Assembly (NCBI GenBank): GCA_964016885.1 | Contig: OZ024745.1 | Location: 67,022,001-67,086,000, forward strand | Source of the DNA: Eledone cirrhosa | Taxonomy: Eukaryota | Direction of reading: 5' to 3' | DNA length: 64,000 nucleotides | Shown here: positions 55,266 through 64,000 of the stretch, in pieces | Position numbering within the stretch: position 1 is the stretch's first letter | How the letters are laid out: each line of letters starts with the position of its first letter | The notes under the pieces: model-generated | Database searches by the model: none | What the model was told of the DNA's origin: nothing | The model's input: the letters and a program-made list of their open reading frames with translations, nothing else | Translations under genes and position numbers: made by a program

Positions 55266-58200
55266 CCCAATAGGAGGGAGACTTCCGAGGGACATTTGTG
55301 GATAAAGCCCATTAAAAGGCCACAGTGACCCTGATCACCAGGGCAAGTGCCCTCTCCCAGTTTTCCACCTTTAATTTACATACACATACTCAGAATAGCC
55401 CCATTCACTCAGGCCATTCTTGCTTCTCTCACCCATCTTTCAACAAAATGTTGGGAAGGGAGCACTTCCCTCTCTACCCTGATTTTCCATTTCAAATGAA
55501 ATTTGAAAAAGTTAATAAGGGCATCACCGAAGGGGTAAGTGCTCGTCTTCAGCCCTTTCAAACGTGTCCACCATACTATCTCTTTCGCCATGGCCACTAG
55601 ACAGATAAAAACTGCCTGCCCTTCTCGGCTAAAGGAAGAGGGCGAGGCAATCCTCACGATGGACTCAGCTGATAGCCGGATACGTCCTACACGCGACAGC
55701 AGGTGTTCGACATAAACCCATAAGTCAGCAATGCTCAGACATTGGACGAGTGCGTGCAGGTCGATTTCGTCGTCCTGCGCGCATCTTGGACATGCCCGGC
55801 TGACGGCACCTCCATGCCTGTAGAGTTTATCCCGAACTGGCAAAGCTCCTCTGTAGCACTGCCAGGCCAGGGATTTTGGAAGTTGTCCATAGGCCCTGGC
55901 CCGAAAGTTCTTCCGAAGAGATTGGCTAGTTGATTTTCGTCGACGCCTAGAGTTTCCCCAAGTACGTCGTCGCCCTTCCCCTCCACTAATCCTCTATAGA
56001 ACGTCAAGGTGGAGTTTCCACCGATCACATTGCCCGATTTGTCGAGGGCTGTGAGCGCCTGAAGATATTCCAGTGTCGAAGCGCTCCCTCTCGGTCTTCG
56101 CTTGACCCAGGACTGCAGCTCCGTCAAGGAGACGAGCTGGGGAAAGACGTGTCTAGCAAACGGCGACCACACCTGATCACCGTCGAGGAAGAGGTGGAGA
56201 TGTCGTAGCCTGAGCGCGTGTCTGCGCATCATCAGCCATGGCATGCCCAGCCCTCCACGTAGCGGGTGTTGACAGCAGATGGACCGCCTGACCATCGGAG
56301 CGCGTCCCTTCCACAAAAAGCGAAAGAGCAAACGCTCCAGCGCAGTCAGGCGGGGCTTAGGACAAGGTACGACGGTCAGGCGGTAGTAGATGACGGACGC
56401 GATATACGCGTTAGCCACCTCCGCTCGACCTTTCAGGGATAGCTTCCTCTCGGCCCATTTCTGGGTGAGAGAAACCACCCTGCTCGTCACCTCGTCCCAG
56501 TTTTTCTCCGTGTGGAGATCCGGACCGAACCAGACCCCTAGCAATTTAACCGGTCCGTCCAGCGCCCGACGATGCTGTTGGACGGCATGGACCTGCCTCT
56601 CCAGGTGCCGAGCTGCAGGCCCACTGACTTTTCCTGGTTGATCATTGCTCCTGTCACCGCTTCGTATTTTCTTAGTGTAGCCTCGAGGTGTTTGGCGCGA
56701 CACCACAACGGTGACATCGTCCGCATATGCTGACACGGATCTTCCGCATCCTAGTTCGCGCGTGACCCCCCCACCCCCTCAACGTCTCCAGTTTGTGCAG
56801 TTCGAGAGTCAATACGTACAAGAGGGACGAGAGGGGACATCCTTGGCGGACTGAGCGCATGATGTTGAACGGTTCTGAAAGATGACCGTCACTCTCACCA
56901 CAGAGCAGATGTCGCTGTGCATGGCACCGATCCACCCTCAGAAGACGGGCCCAAAGCCAGCCGCCTTCAGGACTGCCGCTAGGTAATGATGGTCGACCCT
57001 ATCGAAAGCTTTCGACTGATCTAAATTGATCAAGGACCCACCCGTGCCAGGTTACCTAGCTACCCTCTCTACGATGTATGGCATGAGGTGGAGGTTGTCG
57101 TGGATGGATCTGTCGGGAATGGCGCATGTCTGCACCTCTCCCACCAGACCGCCAACGACAAGCGCCAACCTCTTTGCTAGCACCTTCGCCAAAATCTTGA
57201 ACTCTGCGTTTAGAAGAGTTATGGGCCTGAAATTATCTATGTTATCCCCCTTGTTCGGATCCTTTCTCAGCAGCGCCACCGCTCCTAGGCTAACAGAGAT
57301 GGGAATTCTCCCGTTCTGTTGCCAGTTGCAGTAGACGTCCGCCAAGAGGCCTCCGAACAAGTCTGGCATCTGTACGTAAAGTTCATAGGGCAGACCATCC
57401 AAACCAGGTGATTTACCCTTGTGCAGCCAGTCTTTGTCTCGGCAGCCATTAGCCAGGGAATTTCGATGGCAGCCATTAGCCAGGGAATTTCGATGGTCGG
57501 TGGAACGTGGGTCACCCTGATCTTCACGAGTCTCTGGCCACAATAGCTTGGGACGAGTGTGAAGTCGTCGCTTCTTAATGGGGCCATGGAGTGCTCTCTG
57601 GCCTCCTGTGGTGTTCCAAAGAACACGTCCACGGTTCCATATTTCTGCCCACGTCTGGTGTGTGTTTTTTTCGCCCACACATGTCCCAAAGATTTTTGGA
57701 TTTGGGACTCGGATGCACGTTCCTCTCGGCGCGATTTTGTGTTAATCGTCCGATAAGACACTGTGTATAGGCGCCGATGCTCCATTTTATTAGGTGGGGG
57801 TGAGGCTGAACCTGTACCCATCTTTCTTTACCATTCTCTTGGCTTCATTTAATTCCTCCTGAGTTACCTCGATTGTTTCGCATTTCTTGGCTGCTTTGGC
57901 AAAGACACATTTGTGGTGGTGTTGATGTTTTTGTTCTTATTCTCATTGTTGTTTTTATTGTTATTTTTGTTATTGTTATTTTTAGTTTCAGTTGTGGTGG
58001 TGGTGGCGTCAGTGGTGTTCGGTGTGGAAGAGTCGATTTTGGGTGAATCCATTTCGATGTCACGAGATAATAATTTTTTTTTTCTTTTGTTTCTGTTGTC
58101 GCTGTGGTGATGGTGGGGATGGCGGCTTTAACACCTGCAGTTTTTGGTAATGAATGTCTGCATGAGACAAATTTAAATTATTGCTACTGCTTATATTTTT

Positions 58201-58346
58201 AGTGTTGGCAAACGTAGTAATATTTACAATGGTGGTGTTGGTGTGAGGTGTTAGTTTGTGAGGAAGGCTGTCAGCTTGGTGTGGCTGTGAGTCGTCCATG
58301 TTTTTTTCAAATAAATTTTTTGTTTGATAATTTTTGTTTGATTATC
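55266..58346 (-). mobile_element. L1/Tx1-clade LINE, internally deleted: ORF1-like 5' part fused to the RT of ORF2
   Basis: KSPGLDGLPYE, NFRPITLLNAEFKILAK, RQGCPLS, AYADDVT; junction near 57425; ORF1-like frames 57285-58299; same family as 1-1357. Confidence 0.85.
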
Positions 58347-58457
58347 CCGGAAGGATGAAAGGCAAAGTCAACCTCGGCGGGATTTGAACTCAGATCGTAA
58401 GGGACGTAACTATGCTGGAAAGCATGGCGTCCGACCCTCTACCGATACTGCCAATCC
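58347..58457 (-). mobile_element. SINE A 5' half abutting the LINE 5' end
   Basis: Matches 19132-19241 and stops at catccttccggg. Confidence 0.85.
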
Positions 58458-58481
58458 ACTGCCCTATTAACAAAATAATGC

Positions 58482-58622
58482 TTCCTGATTTAGGCACGAG
58501 GTCAAGAATTTTGGGGGGAGGATGAAAGGCAAATCTAACCACGGTGGGATTTGAAATTCGAATGAGAAGGGCTACATGACGCACTGCATGTTGTCCAACG
58601 CTCTACCGATACTGCAAATTCA
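58482..58622 (-). mobile_element. SINE A-related, internally deleted
   Basis: ggatgaaaggcaaa, ctctaccgatactgc. Confidence 0.7.
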
Positions 58623-59106
58623 CCTCCTTTGAGATTAACAAAGTAGTAAAAACAGATTAATAGATAAATAATAATAAAGAACGCTAGCAATATGAACAAC
58701 AAAATACGAATATATTAATCAAAACTAATCTCAAGTACAACATTGCATTAAAATGTAGCATCATTACATCTTGCAATGGATATAACAGAGATGAAAAATA
58801 TTCAGAATGTTGAAATGAAAACAGTAATAACGATTTATCCAATAAATACTCCAGTTCCGTTTCAAATATATGAAAGTGCTGATTTATATGCAATCCCAAT
58901 GAAAGTTATCATGACAACATAAATTTTCCAGAAGCTTTCATCGTTTACTAACACACATGCACACACACACGCACGCACACTCACCTACACACATATATAT
59001 ATATATATATACACTACACATACACATATATATATATATTCTATATATCTGTGTGTGTGTGTGTATATATACATATACATATATATATGTGTGTGTATGT
59101 ATATGT

Positions 59107-59195
<89 letters not shown>

Positions 59196-59196
<1 letters not shown>

Positions 59197-59469
59197 AGGC
59201 ACGTGGCCTAGTGGTAAGAGTGATGGACTTACGATCATAATGTCGGGGGTTCGATTCCTGGGTTGCGTGTTGTGTTCTTGAGCAAAACCCTTCATTTCAC
59301 GTTGCTCCAGTATACTCAGCTGAAACTTTGTACCAGCAATAGCTTGAGGTTTAACCCTGCGATGGACTGGCGTCCTGTCCAGGGGGAAGTCTTGTACTCT
59401 CAGTCGCTTCACGCCATGAAACCGGGATAAGCACCGGCCAAATGAGCCGTCTGGCTTAAGACAGACTTT

Positions 59470-59476
<7 letters not shown>
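59196..59476 (+). mobile_element. tRNA-derived SINE family B (CORE-like), full length
   Basis: A-box tggcctagtggtaag, B-box ggttcgattcc, gttcttgagcaa, ccctgcgatggactggcgtcctgtccagggg, agacttt repeat tail. Confidence 0.85.
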
Positions 59477-59535
<59 letters not shown>

Positions 59536-59564
59536 CCTACACACACACCTACGCGCACACACAC

Positions 59565-59683
<119 letters not shown>

Positions 59684-60056
59684 GTATGTATAAATATATA
59701 TACGCATAACATATATTGCGGTATGTTAGGTTTCAAGGTCTAGGTATAGTCACAGCTACAGACTGTACACGGTGAAGCTGAATATACAGTTGTACGACAT
59801 AAAACTTAGACTTGACATCAGTCTTCAGGTGCTCTTAAATGTTTGGAAGTTATTCCGTTATATAGTTGCGTGTGTCGTAAAGCAGTAAGAATTGTAGATT
59901 TGTTTTCTAAGGGAGGTAACTGTAGATCAAATGGTAATTATCGTGAATGTGTATGCTTGTTTGTCTTTGTGTTTGGTACTGGTATTGTACCACAACCACA
60001 TATCTTTCACAAGTCTCTGCATGGTTGGTGATGATAGATGTAATCTCTACCTCAAA

Positions 60057-60187
60057 TACGAGGCTCGGTTGAAAAGATCATAGGCAGAAAAGTTTATAGG
60101 CTGAACAAGATACTCTCATCGAAGATTTCACTGCACTAGCACCAATCCTTTATAATCAGCCTATGAAGATTTCAGCCGACCTTCGTA
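60057..60187. mobile_element. Mariner/Tc1-type MITE
   Basis: TA-cgaggctcggttgaaaagatcataggc ... gcctatgaagatttcagccgaccttcg-TA: imperfect terminal inverted repeats of about 28 bp with TA ends. Confidence 0.75.
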
Positions 60188-60302
60188 GAATGTCAGGCTT
60201 TCTAGCAACGATAAAATGTTCACACTGGATGGACATGTCTCACTAGATGTTATACTGTTCGGTTTCAGCAACCCTTTAACCCTTTCAGGGTAGATGTATG
60301 TA

Positions 60303-60370
<68 letters not shown>

Positions 60371-60384
60371 ATATATATATATTC

Positions 60385-60508
60385 TAGTCGATCGACTTTC
60401 GTCAAATCGGACCGAGGAAACTATGTTTCCGTTGGTCTTTCCAATTGCTAATACTATCTATCGGTCGCAACTCCAGGTAGAAGGAGCAACGTGAAATAAA
60501 GTGTCTTG

Positions 60509-60510
<2 letters not shown>
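60385..60510 (-). mobile_element. SINE B 3' fragment
   Basis: Reverse complement of 5545-5650. Confidence 0.7.
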
Positions 60511-60577
<67 letters not shown>

Positions 60578-60589
60578 AGTTGTGTCTTG

Positions 60590-60664
<75 letters not shown>

Positions 60665-61164
60665 AGTTTTTGATTTCCCGAAGTATATTTTGACGTTAAT
60701 GAAATACTTTTATATCGACGTACAGGTATAGGTGTATTTCATAAACTACAATAAAATGAAGTGGGGGACCGAATTGATGACGTCAAACGTACATATCACC
60801 TATGGCAATAAAACAAAACATGGCCTCCACAGGCTTTAAAATATTTAGGTAACAAATGTAGATGGGCTATGATCAAACGACCGCATTCGTATTTCTGCAG
60901 ACATTCAGATACACAAAGATTGTATATACACGTGTCAAATGCAGCATATATTGATTCCACATATATATTTATGTGTACATAAGTGCCTGCATATAATAAC
61001 ATGTATGCATCTGAATAGTATATTTTTCCTTCATTTGAACAAACACACAAAAAATCACTTAAAAAGAAGGACACGGATATATGGGTTTGTTTATGTGTGT
61101 ATATCTGTATGTGTGCTTGTGTATATGTCTGAATGTGTGTGTGAATTACATATAACTCTATTTA

Positions 61165-61710
61165 TCTATAATATTATAAAGCTGAGTGTCGTGTGTATTG
61201 TGTATGTATGTATCCTACACACCTCCCTATAGTCTGTTAGCTTTACTCTCTTCGTCGCTCTTCCCTCTCTCTATAATAGATCATTCCCCCTCTCTATAAT
61301 AGATCATTCCCCCTCTCTATAATTTAACTGCTTTACTCTCTCTGTCGCTCTTCACTCTCAAATATTAAAAAGCTGAATGTCTTCTCTCTCTCTCTCTCTC
61401 TCCCTCTTTCACCCTCTCTATAATTTAACTGCTTTAATCTCTGTCTCTCTTCACTCTCTATATGACAACACTCTGTTACTTTCCGTAGCGTCGTATGTAT
61501 GTTTATTTCGCCAATTGCTGGATAACATCAAAACAAAACACACAGATACACACATGCACATACACACATACACACATACACATACACAAACACATACACA
61601 AATCTATACTTTATATGTACGTATGTATGTAAGATCATTCCCCCTCTCTATAATTTAACTGCTTTACTCTCTCTGTCGCTCTTCACTCTCAAATATTAAA
61701 AAGCTGAATG

Positions 61711-61775
<65 letters not shown>

Positions 61776-62392
61776 ACCCTCTCTATAATTTAACTGCTTT
61801 AATCTCTGTCTCTCTTCACTCTCTATATGACAACACTCTGTTACTTTCCGTAGCGTCGTATGTATGTTTATTTCGCCAATTGCTGGATAACATCAAAACA
61901 AAACACACAGACACACACATGCACATACACACATACACACATACACATACACAAACACATACATAAATCTATACTTTATATGTACGTATGTATGTAAGAT
62001 CATTACCCCTCTCTATAATTTAACTGCTTTACTCTCTCTGCCGCTCTTCACTCTCTATATGACAACACTGTTTTAGTTTCCGTAACTCCCTTCAAATTAT
62101 ACAGAGAGAGAGGGGGAGAGAGAAATAGAGAGATTTAGAGAAAGATTAGGAAAACTACACACACTCATCTACAGAGAGAGACAGAAAAACAGAGGGGGGG
62201 GGAGAGATAGGCCGTTAGACAGAGAGAGATACAATTAAAGTGTTAGTTATTCAGAGAGAGAAAGAGAGAGAGAGAGAGGGGGAGAGAGAGAGTGGGAAGG
62301 ACAATGTGACACAGGAGGGTGTGTGGTATCTTTGCAGTGGAGTGGTGGGGGCAGGTATACCTAGCCGGGCGCCAGCCGGACGACCCAGCTAG
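61165..62392 (+). mobile_element. Non-autonomous Helitron with internal tandem duplication
   Basis: A|TCtataatattataaagctg 5' end; ccgg-gcgccag-ccgg hairpin just before CTAG|T 3' end; no target duplication. Confidence 0.7.
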
Positions 62393-62521
62393 TATAACAT
62401 AAGGCTATGTCGATATATACGTGTTACATCTATAGAAGTCATGCATATTTACGTATATTTCCACGCCTCAAACCAAAACGTTTCTTCTCTACACATAAAC
62501 ACAAACATGAATGCATTCATT

Positions 62522-62578
<57 letters not shown>

Positions 62579-62639
62579 GCATATATATATGTGTGTGTGT
62601 GTGAGTATGTATGTGTGTGTAGGCAGAGAGAGGGGATAT

Positions 62640-62722
<83 letters not shown>

Positions 62723-63159
62723 TTCACACTAATAACAACCTAATAGAGGCATTTTAATAATTTTATGTCGCTTTTAAGCAATATATATTCCTTTAAGCCC
62801 TTTATGTCAGCTAACCTTTAAACGAATATATAAAGTTGTTTATATTTGCCACATTATTAAATGTAAGACATAACAACGTGATGATATTACAGTTCAACGT
62901 ATGAGTATGTTGCTTTAATTTGATTTTCTCTGAATGAATTTTATATATATTAGAGTTGCTGTCACAAATTCTGGTACATTAAACAACTAATTATATCTAG
63001 GAGAAATCAATTTTATTAAAATTAGCACTTTGCCTTCGCTTCATTTTGATGTAGTTTTTCGATAGGCTATCTAAATCATGTTAGCGACCACTCAATAAGA
63101 TATGAAATTCCTATGAATTTAGAACATTAACTAGTTTCAATTTCTAGCCTTCTTTCTGT

Positions 63160-63270
<111 letters not shown>

Positions 63271-63441
63271 ATAAGAATATTTATATTTATATATGTTTAA
63301 TACAATTATAAATATAAAGGGTAGTACTAAGCACTAGACGGTTACGGGTATGACAAAAGGCTCAATGCAAATTTTCAAGTACTTTACAGAGCCGAGATAC
63401 AGAGTGTTAAAACGATCAAATTTTAGTTTAGAACATTTATT

Positions 63442-63488
63442 TGCTGACAATTGTTTCTTCCAGAGGGAAGTCTGGAATCATCGGAGCA
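63442..63488 (-). ncRNA. Minimal hammerhead motif, U4C variant
   Basis: tgct CCGATGA ttccaga-cttccc-tctggaa GAAA caattg TC agca. Confidence 0.75.
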
Positions 63489-63708
63489 TAGGGAATTCGA
63501 AACATGTGACTAAAATCCTAGTCATTCAGAACATTTAGGGTACATAATTATTGTTAGTGTCATAGACATCATGTGGAGAGTCAGGAGTTAACAAGGTGTT
63601 ATGCTTGAGAGAACACAACTACAGGCAGCACTGGTTGAAAGTGTAAGAGCTATAAGTAAAAAGTACAAGCAAAAAGTTATAAGCAAGGAAAAATGTGGTA
63701 TAGGATAG

Positions 63709-63753
63709 ACATAAGATATAAGATATAAGATATAAGATATAAGATATAAGATA
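63709..63753. repeat. (GATATAA)n heptamer repeat
   Basis: Direct reading. Confidence 0.9.
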
Positions 63754-64000
63754 TCTTAACATTGGAGAACAGTTAATGTTATGGGTGTACAATGCAGGAG
63801 TCAATACAGTCAATAAGGCATGTATGAGGACAGAGTTATAATGCAGTTGAAATAAACATATTTTGAGTAGGATGCTATAATTGTTATAAATGTTTAAGAT
63901 GGCATGCAATTTGTTACAGAGGCATGTGGTGATAATGTAGGTATATGTTATGTGAGGTATAATGCAAAACACGTGATAGAGTTGGATAGGTGATTTTCAT

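Noticed and set aside
59725-59832. ctgatgt..gaaac motif with a long imperfect stem on the minus strand
   Set aside because: A9 altered and stems I/III do not pair

Overview
Eukaryotic, AT-rich, microsatellite-saturated intergenic or intronic DNA. The SINE and LINE families resemble those of octopod cephalopods (inference). I found no supportable host gene; almost all short ORFs are translations of (TA)n/(CA)n repeats. Real coding content is retroelement-derived: two copies of an L1/Tx1-type LINE, a cluster of R4/Dong-type LINEs (RT + restriction-like endonuclease) sitting in (TAA)n runs, and three Penelope-like element (PLE) bodies (RT and/or GIY-YIG). There are also two tRNA-derived SINE families, a mariner-type MITE and a non-autonomous Helitron. 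The most striking signal is non-coding. About 15 minimal type I hammerhead ribozyme (HHR) motifs from several unrelated repeat families were read by eye, many with palindromic stem III. They occur in PLE terminal repeats, in ORF-less foldback hairpins carrying one HHR per strand, and in a 420-bp-period direct repeat that looks like a retrozyme. Recurrent non-canonical core features include CCGAUGA (U4C) and a U-U mismatch at the base of stem II. All folds were paired by hand and no activity is demonstrated.
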